64,000 bases of DNA from Thermoplasmata archaeon (lineage in GTDB: Archaea > Thermoplasmatota > Thermoplasmata > Lutacidiplasmatales > UBA184). The position numbers and the translations under genes are program-made. The stretch lies in NCBI GenBank assembly GCA_046704665.1, contig JBJKRJ010000001.1:57255-121254 (forward strand), given 5' to 3'. The notes beneath the pieces are model-generated. The model was not told the DNA's origin. It worked only from the letters and a program-made list of their open reading frames with translations, and did no database searches. Below are positions 46,396 to 55,609 of this stretch, in pieces; the stretch's first letter is position 1, and each line of letters opens with the position of its first letter.

Positions 46396-46897
46396 GGAGC
46401 CAGAGGAGCCGGGCGCCGGCCGGTCGGAGCGTGGCCGGGAACTCGATGCAGGCGGCTCCCCCCTTCGCGAAGTGGACGAGCGACTGGCCGTCCCCCGAGA
46501 GGGCGAGACCGACGAACTCGGCCAACGTCGGCTCGTGACCGACGAGGACCACCTCCTGGCCCGTACGGATGCTCAGCCGGAGGCGATCGAGGATCGGCGC
46601 GGCGAGTCGACCCGAACCGAGCTCCTTCCAGGTCTCGACGCGCACCGGGTGGTCGAGGGACCCCTGCACGAGCCTGGCGGTGGCGATCGCCCGATCCGCC
46701 GCGCTGGTCACGATGCGGTCCACCGGACCCGCAAGCCGGGCCACTCCCCGGCTCGCCTGCCGCGTCTCGCGACGACCCTTCTCGGTCAGCGGCCGACGAT
46801 CGTCATCCGGCCACCGCCGAGGGTCCCGGTCCTCGGCCGGGCCATGGCGGACCACGACCACTCGCACTCGTCGGGGTCCCGGGGGGCGACGCTGCAT
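46361..46897 (-). CDS. sixA: Phosphohistidine phosphatase SixA-like (histidine phosphatase superfamily)
   Basis: 'VVVVRHGPAED...LTEKGRRE...VVLVGHEPTL'. Confidence 0.75.
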   Translation of the reverse strand: MQRRPPGPRRVRVVVVRHGPAEDRDPRRWPDDDRRPLTEKGRRETRQASRGVARLAGPVDRIVTSAADRAIATARLVQGSLDHPVRVETWKELGSGRLAAPILDRLRLSIRTGQEVVLVGHEPTLAEFVGLALSGDGQSLVHFAKGGAACIEFPATLRPAGARLLWLLTRKQLSAVRG

Positions 46898-46971
46898 GGC
46901 CCAAAGGGGAGGGTAGCGAGCCTTTCCCCCTCAAAAGTCCTTCCGATGGGCCGCGGGGGACCCGAGCGGGC

Positions 46972-47958
46972 TCAGGAGGCCGGGGGGACGCGGACCGCAC
47001 CGCGGTCGGGCGACGGCTCCGTGGGCAACGAACGGTCGAGGACGACCTGCGCGATGTCCTGGGTGTAGGCGATCGTGCGTCCGATCGATTCGAGGATCCG
47101 CGCGATCGCCGCCGACGTCGCCGGCGGCATCGTGCTGCCGTTCACGGTGGGGAGGAGCCGATCGGCAAGGGATCGGCCCGAGACAGTGAGCGCCTCCCCC
47201 ATGTCGAGGAGGTCGTTCGCCTGCGCCTCGTCGGGGGCGGCGAGGACCCCCTCGAGGTGCACCATCGCCTGGCGGTGGAACTGTTGGAGCGAGATCAACG
47301 GAGCGTTCCCCTGCGGCAGGTCGACCAGGCGGCGGCCCTCGTCCCCGAGGATCACCGCGTGATCGGCGATCCGCTCGAGGCTGCGGGCGATGGTCCACGG
47401 TCCGAGCACCAGCCCTCCATCGGTCCCCTCGTCGATGCGGATCGCGGCCAGGCGCTGGATGTACCAGGCCTCCCGGTCGATCTCGTCGTCCCGGCGCTCC
47501 CAGGCACCGTCCGCGTCGAGCGGGAGATCGGACCAGCCGTCGACCGCCTCCCGGTGGAACTCGACGACGATCCTCCCCATGCGAGCGAGCCGCTGGTCCA
47601 GAGGGATCGGACTCTCGTAGGCGAGGTCCCGCAGGCGGAGGGCCCCGGGCTCGTCGGAGACGATCTCGGGCTGGCGGGTGCGCCGGCAGAAGCTGCGCAC
47701 CACCTCTCGGGTGGCCGGGCTCACGCTCGGCCGTTCCCGGAGGACGAACTCTCGGGCGCCTCCGAGGTACGCTCCGAGGAGCCGTCGGAACAGGTGTTCG
47801 GCCGGCTCCGCACGGCGTACGGGTAGGATCACGCTGCGGGCGGAGGGCGGGGATCGGGAAGGAGGATCGCTCGCGCGGGGCGTCCTCAGGACGACCCCGG
47901 CGCGAACGGGCCCGGCGGAGGGCCGGACCGGCTCGCTCGTGGCTCGGATCTGTCTCAT
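46972..47958 (-). CDS. PhoU-domain phosphate uptake regulator-like protein
   Basis: Two PhoU-like helical repeats ('ERIADHAVILGDE', 'GRTIAYTQDIAQVVL'). Start taken at ATG 47958 ('MRQIRATS'); the 47997 extension runs into the AT-rich promoter and is rejected. Confidence 0.7.
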   Translation of the reverse strand: MRQIRATSEPVRPSAGPVRAGVVLRTPRASDPPSRSPPSARSVILPVRRAEPAEHLFRRLLGAYLGGAREFVLRERPSVSPATREVVRSFCRRTRQPEIVSDEPGALRLRDLAYESPIPLDQRLARMGRIVVEFHREAVDGWSDLPLDADGAWERRDDEIDREAWYIQRLAAIRIDEGTDGGLVLGPWTIARSLERIADHAVILGDEGRRLVDLPQGNAPLISLQQFHRQAMVHLEGVLAAPDEAQANDLLDMGEALTVSGRSLADRLLPTVNGSTMPPATSAAIARILESIGRTIAYTQDIAQVVLDRSLPTEPSPDRGAVRVPPAS

Positions 47959-47977
47959 CGACCGAAGGAGGGAACGG

Positions 47978-48042
47978 GGGGATATATAGAATATCAATTT
48001 AGACTATAGGTAATACCATAGGTATAGTACATCGTCGCCCGC
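47978..48042 (-). promoter_or_regulatory. About 60-nt AT-rich island (~25% GC): TATA box about 28 nt upstream of the PhoU-like ATG, plus direct repeats TATAGGTA x2 (5-nt spacer)
   Basis: 'GATATATAGAATATCAATTTAGACTATAGGTAATACCATAGGTATAGTACAT'. The proximal 'TATATA' sits at leaderless spacing. The distal repeat contains GGTA-N-TACC mini-palindromes. Confidence 0.4.
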
Positions 48043-48074
48043 TCCGTCCCTCCGCGGGGCGGAGGGGTGCCCGC

Positions 48075-49370
48075 TCACGGCGCGCAGCCGCTCACCGCGT
48101 AGTCGTCCCCGTTGAACTCCGCGAACCCGTAGTCCTCGTAGAGATCGTACTCCGTGACCGTGACGTGGTTCGCCGGATCGTAGAAGACCACGACGCCGGT
48201 CGATGCGTCGTACGAAAGGATGACCGACGGTCCGAGGACCTTGTGGAGGCTCGAGAGCTCGGAGGACGGGATCGACGGGTTGTCCGACTGGCACGAGGTC
48301 GCCACCACGCCGCCACCGGATGGGGCGCCGGGGCTCGTGATCTTGATGATCGGCGCGGCCGAGGGGGAGAGCGGAGCGGCGCTCACGACCGCGACGAGGA
48401 CCACCACGACCGCGATCCCTGCACCGAGCCGGTAGGCCACCGGCCAGCGGGCCGGGGCCGCCTTCCTTCGGCGGCCGGACGCGCGGCCGGTCCGGCGGGA
48501 GGAGGCGCCGGAGGTCCGGGTCGATCCCGGGGCCGGCGCCGCGAGCGCGCCGTGGCGGAGGGCGACCGCCAGAAGGTTCCCGCCGAGGAGGCTCACGAGG
48601 ATGCCGAGCGAGGGAAGGAAGGTCGGGAGGAAGGCGGCGAGCGTTCCGATCGTCCCCGCATACAGCACCTTCTGGTGCGGGGCGGCCGGTGCGGTCCGGG
48701 GCTCGGTGACCATGAAGAGGGCGAAGAAGACGGTCGCCGGGTCGACCGCCTGGAGGAGGAGCACGCGCGCGTCGGTGCTGGCGCCGAGCACGAGGTGCTG
48801 GACGATCGAAAGGAAGCCGTAGACGAGCAGGAACGTCGCGGGGAGCCGCCAGGAGGCGGTCGACCGGGCGATCAGGAGAAGGCCGAAGGCGACCACCAGG
48901 TACTCCCCCCAGGGGCCGATGCCGACCCACCAGGCGGGAGCCATCCCGAGCACGAGCGTGCCGAGCAGGATGCCGAGGGCGGCAGGGTTGAACCAGGGAT
49001 GGCCGCGACTTCGGAGCGCGTGGCGGATCGCGATCGCGGCGAACGCGAGGGTTCCGCCGAGAAGGAGCGGGGCCGTGGGCGGGAGGATCAGCGCCACGAA
49101 GAGACCCGTGACGAGCGCCGCGTCGGGGAACCTCCAGCGCTCGAAACGGATCCCCTGCAGGGCGAGGTCGACGATGACGGCGACGAACGGCACGACCACG
49201 AGCGAGGTCGCGCCCAGCCCATTCAGGTAGAACGAGCTATAGCCCCCGAGCGCGGCGAGGAGGATCCACGCGAGACGGGCCGGGGGCAGCCAGCGCAACC
49301 ACGACCGACCCAGATCCGCCAGCGACGGGCTCGCTTGACGGTCGGTGGCCTCCGCCGGGAGCTCGGACAT
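48075..49370 (-). CDS. RnfD/NqrB-family membrane protein (stand-alone) with Cys-containing C-terminal extracytoplasmic domain
   Basis: 'ALVTGLFVALILPPTAPLLLGGTLAFAAIAIRH...GHPWFNPAALGILLG' closely matches the RnfD/NqrB core ('LLTGLLLAVSIPPLAP...NPFNPAMIG'). No other rnf/nqr genes are nearby. Confidence 0.5.
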   Translation of the reverse strand: MSELPAEATDRQASPSLADLGRSWLRWLPPARLAWILLAALGGYSSFYLNGLGATSLVVVPFVAVIVDLALQGIRFERWRFPDAALVTGLFVALILPPTAPLLLGGTLAFAAIAIRHALRSRGHPWFNPAALGILLGTLVLGMAPAWWVGIGPWGEYLVVAFGLLLIARSTASWRLPATFLLVYGFLSIVQHLVLGASTDARVLLLQAVDPATVFFALFMVTEPRTAPAAPHQKVLYAGTIGTLAAFLPTFLPSLGILVSLLGGNLLAVALRHGALAAPAPGSTRTSGASSRRTGRASGRRRKAAPARWPVAYRLGAGIAVVVVLVAVVSAAPLSPSAAPIIKITSPGAPSGGGVVATSCQSDNPSIPSSELSSLHKVLGPSVILSYDASTGVVVFYDPANHVTVTEYDLYEDYGFAEFNGDDYAVSGCAP

Positions 49371-49406
49371 GGGTAGTTCTTGATAGGGAACCCGCGATAA
49401 CCATTG

Positions 49407-50336
49407 CTACGGAGGGATCGGGGGTCCCGAGGGGCGGCCCGAGAGGGGGCCGCGGACCCGACGGAAGCCGAGCAGCCCCACGGCCAGGAGAATGAGCCCT
49501 CCTCCCACGTACTGCAATCCGGTGAGGGCGACGCCCAGGAAGAGATAGGTCGCCGCCCCCGCCGAGATCGGCTCGACGGACGCCGCCACCCCGACCTCGG
49601 TGGCCGGTAGATGCCGTAGCGCGAGGAGGTAGAGTCCGTAGCCGAGCAGCGTGCCGAAGAGGACGATGAACGCGACGAGGCCGAATACGCCGAGCGCGGC
49701 CGGGAAGGTCGCCGGAAACGGATAGGTGAGAAGCGTCGCCGCACCGAACGGCACGGTGACGATCCCTCCGATCAGGAATCCCCATCCCGTGATCGCCCAG
49801 GATCCGTGGCGTTGCACCAGGTCGCGGCCGGCGAGCGAGTAGTACGCGCCCGCGACCGCGGACAGGACCCCGAACAGGAGCCCGAACGGGGTCACGAGGA
49901 TCCCGAACGAATGGCCCGTCGGGTTCGCGACGAGCAGGAGGGTTCCGACTCCGGCAAGGCCCAGGGTCGCGCTCCAGCCCCACGACCAGGCGATCTGTCC
50001 GCGGGCGGCCTCGTAGGCGGCCACCATCGGAAGGAACAGGAACTGCAGCAGGGTCGCGGTGACCGCGTTCGAGTACTCGATCGCCTCGAGGTAGGTGAGC
50101 TGGGAGGCGGCGATGCCGAGGACGGCGAGCGCCAGGAACGACGCAGTGAACGGCGGTCGGCGTTCCGTGCGGAGGACGAGCACCAGGATCGCCCCCGCCG
50201 AGAGCATCCGGAGGCTGACGAGCCCGAGCACCGGGAACCCGTACTGCACGAAGAGCGCCTGCGCGGCGGTCCCGCTGAGCCCCCAGAAACCGGCGGCCAC
50301 CATCGCGGAGGCGAGAGCGAGCCGAGTCTCGCGCAC
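49407..50336 (-). CDS. EamA/DMT-family transporter
   Basis: Ten TM helices and two EamA repeats. Start at GTG 50336 (or ATG 50303). The rest of the 482-aa ORF call is upstream read-through. Confidence 0.8.
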   Translation of the reverse strand: MRETRLALASAMVAAGFWGLSGTAAQALFVQYGFPVLGLVSLRMLSAGAILVLVLRTERRPPFTASFLALAVLGIAASQLTYLEAIEYSNAVTATLLQFLFLPMVAAYEAARGQIAWSWGWSATLGLAGVGTLLLVANPTGHSFGILVTPFGLLFGVLSAVAGAYYSLAGRDLVQRHGSWAITGWGFLIGGIVTVPFGAATLLTYPFPATFPAALGVFGLVAFIVLFGTLLGYGLYLLALRHLPATEVGVAASVEPISAGAATYLFLGVALTGLQYVGGGLILLAVGLLGFRRVRGPLSGRPSGPPIPP

Positions 50337-50559
50337 GGGGTCCGGGACCTTCCGCCGCGGATGAAGTCGACCGGTCGGTGTCGAACGTCGGGCCGTGACG
50401 AGACGCAGGCCTATCTGCGTGCGGCTCGACCACGCGGGACCGACCGGGCGACGACTCGCGCGTGCGAGACCGTCACTCGCCCGGCGAACGGGCCTTGCAC
50501 CAATCGTTCGCACGCCCGCACCAAAATCGATAGACCCCCCGGGACCGGAAGCTCCCCCG

Positions 50560-51795
50560 ATGCAAGACCAGGTCCCCAGGGTCGACATCTTGTCGCCCGC
50601 GCTCGGAGCCCAGAGTCGCCAACTGCCCGCCACGATCCCGACGAACACGCCCGGGCCCCCGCCGACGGTCGTCCGCCCGAGCTCCCCCGTCCCCGAGACG
50701 GCCAAGTGGTGTTGGGGACTCCGTCGCCTCACGCCCTCCGAGGTCCGGGTCGACCCGCACCGCAGCGCCCAGGAGCCGTGCGCGGGCGATGTCGTCGTGG
50801 TACGGATCGAGAAGATGGGATACCACTCGTCCGTGGTCGGACGCGACAACCGCAAGCTGCGGATCTACCCGGGAGACCGGATCGTCGGGGTCTTTGGTCA
50901 TCGGTACGCCACGGATGCCTACGAGGCCGTCGTGGAAGGAACCGAGGAGCTGAGCCTCCTCACCGCGGGAGGCATGATCGGGACCGTCCGTTCCGCCCAC
51001 CGGGACATGAGCCGGCCCACTTCGGTCTCGTTCGTCGGCTACGCGACCGACCGGGACGGGCAGCGCATCAACCTCAAGGAGCAGCTCTTCCGCTCCGAGT
51101 TCCGCCCTCCCGGGCCGAAGAGCCCGCTCATCGTCGTCGTCGGGACCGGGATGAATTCGGGAAAGACGACCGTGCTCTCCCAGACCCTCCACGGCTTGAG
51201 CCGCCAAGGTCTCCGCGTCGCCGCGGGCAAGCTCACGGGCAGCGTCTCCAACCGGGACGTCGACGAGATGCGAGCGGCGGACGCCGTGTCGGTCCTTGAC
51301 TTCAGCGACCTTGGTTTCCCCTCGACCTACCTCACGGATCCGGTCGAGCTCGCGGCGCTCTGGCACGAGATCCTCGAGCGAAGCGCCGAGAGCCGACCCG
51401 ATGTGATGCTGATGGAGATCGCGGACGGACTGCTGCAGCGGGAAACCTCACTGATCCTCCGGGACCCCGAGTTCCGTCGACAGGTCTCGGGAGTGCTCCT
51501 CGCGGCCGACAGCTCCCTCGCCGCTCTCGCCGGGCTTGACGAGCTCTCTCGTCTCGGCTATCCGGTCCTCGGCGTCTCGGGCGCATTCACGTCGGCGCCG
51601 CTCTTCGTCCGGGAGTTCGAGTCCCGCAGTAGCGTGCCCGTCCTCCCCTCCATCGGGGAGGGTGCCGAGCTCGCCCGTAGGGTCCTCGAGCGGCTCCCCG
51701 CACCCGCCTGGAGCGCGCCGGAGGGCCCGTTCGCCGCCCTCCTCGCACCGGAGCTCGCGCCGGTCGTCAGCGACGTTCGGATGCCCGGCCCGTGA
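50560..51795 (+). CDS. P-loop protein of the CbiA/DTBS-like (DUF1611-like) type; alternative hypothesis: cyclic-2,3-diphosphoglycerate-synthetase-like
   Basis: Walker A 'IVVVGTGMNSGKTTV' preceded by a Rossmann-like N-domain. Start uncertain (ATG 50560 chosen). The stop overlaps the ABC exporter GTG as GTGA. Confidence 0.35.
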   Translation: MQDQVPRVDILSPALGAQSRQLPATIPTNTPGPPPTVVRPSSPVPETAKWCWGLRRLTPSEVRVDPHRSAQEPCAGDVVVVRIEKMGYHSSVVGRDNRKLRIYPGDRIVGVFGHRYATDAYEAVVEGTEELSLLTAGGMIGTVRSAHRDMSRPTSVSFVGYATDRDGQRINLKEQLFRSEFRPPGPKSPLIVVVGTGMNSGKTTVLSQTLHGLSRQGLRVAAGKLTGSVSNRDVDEMRAADAVSVLDFSDLGFPSTYLTDPVELAALWHEILERSAESRPDVMLMEIADGLLQRETSLILRDPEFRRQVSGVLLAADSSLAALAGLDELSRLGYPVLGVSGAFTSAPLFVREFESRSSVPVLPSIGEGAELARRVLERLPAPAWSAPEGPFAALLAPELAPVVSDVRMPGP

Positions 51796-53651
51796 GCGAA
51801 GCGCTCTCCGGACCCTCCTCCCTCGCCGGGGCGCCCCGGTCCGTGGCGCCCGGAGAGCCGGAGGAGATCGGGGACGCGACGGGCCAGCCGCCGGGGACGA
51901 TGCGCTTCGTCTTTCGGCAGCTCGCTCGGTTCCGAGGCCCGTTCGTGGCGGCGATGGTCTGGTCGGTCCTCTTTGTGATCGTACCGATGCAGGTTCCCCT
52001 GCTCGCCGGGATGCTCATCAATGGGCTCACCGGTCAGCCGGCCTCCTTCTATGGCGCGTGGACGTTGACGTCCGCGACCCAGATCTTCTGGTTCGCGGTC
52101 CTCGGGCTCGTGGTCGTCGCGGGGGCGTACGGCGCGACCGCCTATCTGACCGCCTCGTCGACCGCCGAGCTCGGCCGCACGTTCGTCCGGGAGCAGCAGA
52201 AGGAGCTCATCCGCAAGCTCGACACCAGCCCGATCTCCCTCCATCAACGGTACGGGTCGGGCGAGCTCCTCAGCCGGGTCGTGACCGACACCGCCTCGAC
52301 GCGGAACTTCGTCACGCAGGTCTTCTTCAACACCGTGCAGAACGCGGTACGGGTCGCCTACCCGGTCGTCGTGCTCTTCCTGCTGGACCCCTGGGTGGCG
52401 CTCGTGGCGGTCGCGATCCTCCCCGTCGAGTGGGGGGTCTCCCGCAAGCTCCAGGCCGGGCTCCGCACCGCGACGCGTACCGCGCGCTCGACCAAGGGAC
52501 GCCTCACCGCCGCGGTTCAGGAGAACCTCGACGGGATCGAGGCGATCCAGACGTCCCAGGCCGAAGCGGCCGCGACCGATCGCGTCGGACGGGAGGCCGA
52601 CCAGCTCGCGCACGACCAGATCCGGGCCCGGACGTACTTCGGCCTCATCAACGGGGTCACCTGGACCCTCACCTCGGTCGGGATCGCCGCCGCGTGGGCG
52701 GTGGGGGGCTGGCAGGTCCTCCACGGTGCCCTTTCGGTCGGAGTCCTGGTCGCGGTCGCGGGCTACGTCGCGCTTCTCTACCTGCCGATGCGGCGGTTCA
52801 CCTCGGTCGCGAACACCTACCAGAGCGGGCTCGTCGCCTTCGAGCGGATCCGCGAGGTGCTGGACGCGCCCTCCCCGATCGAGGACGACGAAGGGGCCCC
52901 GCCCCTCCGCGCAGGGTACGGTCGGATCGAGTTCCGCGACGTCTCGTTCGGCTACGGGACGACCCGCTCGCTTCACCATGTCAATCTGGCCATCCGACCC
53001 GGTCGTCTCACCGTGCTCGTCGGACGGAACGGATCCGGCAAGAGCACCGTCCTCAAGCTCATCGCTCGGCTCTACGATCCGGAGGAAGGCACGGTCCTCT
53101 TCGACGGCCAGGACGTGAAGCAGGTCCGCCTGCGTTCGCTGCGCTCCGAGGTCGCGGTGGTCCCCCAGTCCGCGACGATCTTTTCCGGCACCGTCGCCGA
53201 GAACCTCCGCCTCGGAAAACCCGACGCCTCGGAGAGGTTCGTGCGGTGGGCGGCCTCGGCGGCGGGCGCGGACCGGTTCATCGAGCGGCTCCCCCAGGGC
53301 TACGCGACGTATCTCGGCCCCGGCGGGGTCCGACTCTCCGGGGGAGAGGCGCAACGTCTCGCGATCGCGCGCGCCCTCGTTCGGCGCCCCCGGGTTCTTC
53401 TCCTGGACGAGCCGAATTCGGCGCTCGACCCGGAGTCGGAGCACCGGCTCTGGGAGGTGCTGACCCGGCTCAAGGGAACGATCACCGTGGTCGTGGTCGC
53501 GCACCATCTCGGGGCCGTGATGGGTTCGGCGGACGACGTCATCGTGATGGACGCCGGCCGCGTGGTCGAGCCTCGGAAGCTCCTCACCCCCGTCGCTCCC
53601 GCGGGGCCCGCCACCGATCCGCTCCGGTCGCTGCGGGGGTACCGCGCATGA
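51792..53651 (+). CDS. ABC exporter, fused permease + ATPase (type I exporter, MsbA/bacteriocin-exporter-like)
   Basis: Six N-terminal TM helices. NBD with Walker A 'GRNGSGKST', signature 'LSGGEAQR', Walker B 'LLLDEP'. Confidence 0.85.
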   Translation: MSEALSGPSSLAGAPRSVAPGEPEEIGDATGQPPGTMRFVFRQLARFRGPFVAAMVWSVLFVIVPMQVPLLAGMLINGLTGQPASFYGAWTLTSATQIFWFAVLGLVVVAGAYGATAYLTASSTAELGRTFVREQQKELIRKLDTSPISLHQRYGSGELLSRVVTDTASTRNFVTQVFFNTVQNAVRVAYPVVVLFLLDPWVALVAVAILPVEWGVSRKLQAGLRTATRTARSTKGRLTAAVQENLDGIEAIQTSQAEAAATDRVGREADQLAHDQIRARTYFGLINGVTWTLTSVGIAAAWAVGGWQVLHGALSVGVLVAVAGYVALLYLPMRRFTSVANTYQSGLVAFERIREVLDAPSPIEDDEGAPPLRAGYGRIEFRDVSFGYGTTRSLHHVNLAIRPGRLTVLVGRNGSGKSTVLKLIARLYDPEEGTVLFDGQDVKQVRLRSLRSEVAVVPQSATIFSGTVAENLRLGKPDASERFVRWAASAAGADRFIERLPQGYATYLGPGGVRLSGGEAQRLAIARALVRRPRVLLLDEPNSALDPESEHRLWEVLTRLKGTITVVVVAHHLGAVMGSADDVIVMDAGRVVEPRKLLTPVAPAGPATDPLRSLRGYRA

Positions 53652-55264
53652 TCTCCACCGAGCTACTGAGGAGCGTGGACGCCGGCACCGCACTCGTGGG
53701 ACGTGACGCACCCTCCTCCGCCCGTGAGGTTCCCCCAGAGCGAGGGATCCGGACCCGCGCGGTCGGCCGCTCGGTGGAGGGCCGCCGGATCGAGCTCGCG
53801 CACCGGGGGCCCGAGCCGGGCGAAGTCCGCATCCTCGTCCTCGCGGGTCAGCACGGGGACGAACCGTGGGGAAGGATCGCCGTACGACGGTGGATCGCAC
53901 AGGCCGACGATCGTGCGGTCGCCGCCGCCGCATCGTGTCCGGTCACGTGTCTCGCCGTGCTCGACGCGAACCCGGACGGTTCCCGGCGGAACCGCCGGCG
54001 GAACGCTCACGACATCGACCTCAACCGCGACCATCTCCTCCTTGAGGCTCCCGAGACGTGCACGATCCACGAGACGGTCCGTCGCTACCGCCCGCATCTC
54101 ATCGTCGATGTGCACAACTTCCCTTCCCGGCGTCGGCACCTCCTCGCCCGGGGTTGGACGATCGGGGCGGACGTCCAGCTCGCCGGCGCGACGCATCCCG
54201 CGATCCGCACCTCGATGACGGCGGCGGAGGAGGACGGATTGATCCTCCGGATCCGGAGCGACCTCGCCGCTCGCGGCTTTACGGCCGTTCCCTACACGCT
54301 CTTCCGTCGGTCGGGGAAGGCCCGGCCGAGCACCCTCCGCGTTCGCGACGCGCGGAACTCGCTCTCGCTTCGTTACGGCATCCCGACCGTCCTCGTCGAG
54401 GGACGCGACCCGGGTCGGAAAGGCTCGTCCCAGGGGGGGCTCCGCACCGCCGAGGCCCAGTTCGAGGCCCTGCGATCGATCGAGGCCTGGGCGTCCGAGC
54501 ACCGGGAGGGACTGTTGCGGGGGCCGCCGATCCCCGAAGCCGGCGAGTCGGTGCCGCTCGAAGCGCACTGGACAGAGAACGGAGAGCTCGGGAGCGTCCC
54601 GTTCGAGCGCACGGACTCCGGCGAGGCGGTCCGGGTCCCGTGGCCCCGCTTCGCGGGGGAACTTCGCGTTCGATCTCGCGCGTCGCTTCCGAGGGCCTAC
54701 GCCGTTCGGAACGATCTCACCGAGCTCCACGCGCTCCTTGCGCGGCACGGCATCACCGGCGATGCGATCGAGCGGTCGCGTTCGGCGTTGGTCGAGCCGG
54801 TACGGTCCTGGGAGGGCCCCCGAGAGACGGGCGCGAGCGGGGCGGTGGTTCACTCGTTACCGCCGCCGGCCCCCTTCGACCTCGCGGGCTACACCTCCTA
54901 CAGCGTTCACCAGCGCGCCGGTCGCGCGCTGGCCGTCTGGCTCGAAGCCGGTCCCCGCAGCGGTCTCGCGGCGCTCCGATCGGAGCGTGAACCGGTGCGG
55001 GCCGGCACCGGCTCCCCGATCCTTCGGGTGGTCCTCTGGGATTACCCCGCGGCCGGTCTCGGGTCGACCGGTCCGGCACGGGACCACCGGTCGGACCGGC
55101 GCCGCCTCGAACCGCTCCCCAACCCGTTTCGATGGGCGTTCGGCCCGTCCCCGTCGTGCTGGGGGGAACAGGGAAAGCCCGGCGCGCCGGCCGCCCGCGA
55201 TGGGTCGTCGGAGGGGAGCGCGCTCGGTCCGTCCGCGGTCCGGACGGACGACCCCCTCGGTTAA
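53648..55264 (+). CDS. M14-like zinc hydrolase of the succinylglutamate-desuccinylase/aspartoacylase (AstE/AspA) type, with long C-terminal extension
   Basis: 'ILVLAGQHGDEPWG' (HxxE zinc site) and 'NPDG...DLNRDH' M14 core motifs. The ATGA start overlaps the ABC stop. 538 aa. Confidence 0.55.
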   Translation: MISTELLRSVDAGTALVGRDAPSSAREVPPERGIRTRAVGRSVEGRRIELAHRGPEPGEVRILVLAGQHGDEPWGRIAVRRWIAQADDRAVAAAASCPVTCLAVLDANPDGSRRNRRRNAHDIDLNRDHLLLEAPETCTIHETVRRYRPHLIVDVHNFPSRRRHLLARGWTIGADVQLAGATHPAIRTSMTAAEEDGLILRIRSDLAARGFTAVPYTLFRRSGKARPSTLRVRDARNSLSLRYGIPTVLVEGRDPGRKGSSQGGLRTAEAQFEALRSIEAWASEHREGLLRGPPIPEAGESVPLEAHWTENGELGSVPFERTDSGEAVRVPWPRFAGELRVRSRASLPRAYAVRNDLTELHALLARHGITGDAIERSRSALVEPVRSWEGPRETGASGAVVHSLPPPAPFDLAGYTSYSVHQRAGRALAVWLEAGPRSGLAALRSEREPVRAGTGSPILRVVLWDYPAAGLGSTGPARDHRSDRRRLEPLPNPFRWAFGPSPSCWGEQGKPGAPAARDGSSEGSALGPSAVRTDDPLG

Positions 55265-55309
55265 CTATGCCGGGCATCGTCCCGGGACGCGAGATGCGGC
55301 GGAGGTAAC

Positions 55310-55609
55310 ATGGAATGGTTTGAAGTGGTCCTTTCGGCGACCCTGTTGGTGCTCGCGGGGACGATGTCGGCCATCGCCTTCAGCGCTCAGCGAAACTTCC
55401 GCGACCCAAGGTTCCTGTCGGTCGGCGTCGCGCTTCTGCTGCTCCTGGTCGTCGGGGTCACTTCGCTCTACTCGAACGTGGACCCCACCGCCGAGCCCTC
55501 GTTCGACGTCGGTCTTGTCCCGCTCGTCCTCCTGGTCCTCACGGCCGTCCTGTTGAACCTGCCGATCCTCCTGCGTCTCCCTCGGTCGCGCGCGCCCGGT
55601 CATGGCTGA
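55310..55609 (+). CDS. Small membrane protein (3 TM, 99 aa)
   Basis: Three hydrophobic helices. The stop overlaps the downstream regulator start (ATGGCTGA). Confidence 0.45.
   Translation: MEWFEVVLSATLLVLAGTMSAIAFSAQRNFRDPRFLSVGVALLLLLVVGVTSLYSNVDPTAEPSFDVGLVPLVLLVLTAVLLNLPILLRLPRSRAPGHG

Noticed and set aside
46972-47997. ORF start at 47997 for the PhoU-like gene
   Set aside because: The first 13 codons ('MIFYISPRSLLRS') are read out of the AT-rich promoter island using a TTG. The ATG at 47958 with a TATA box about 28 nt upstream is far more plausible.
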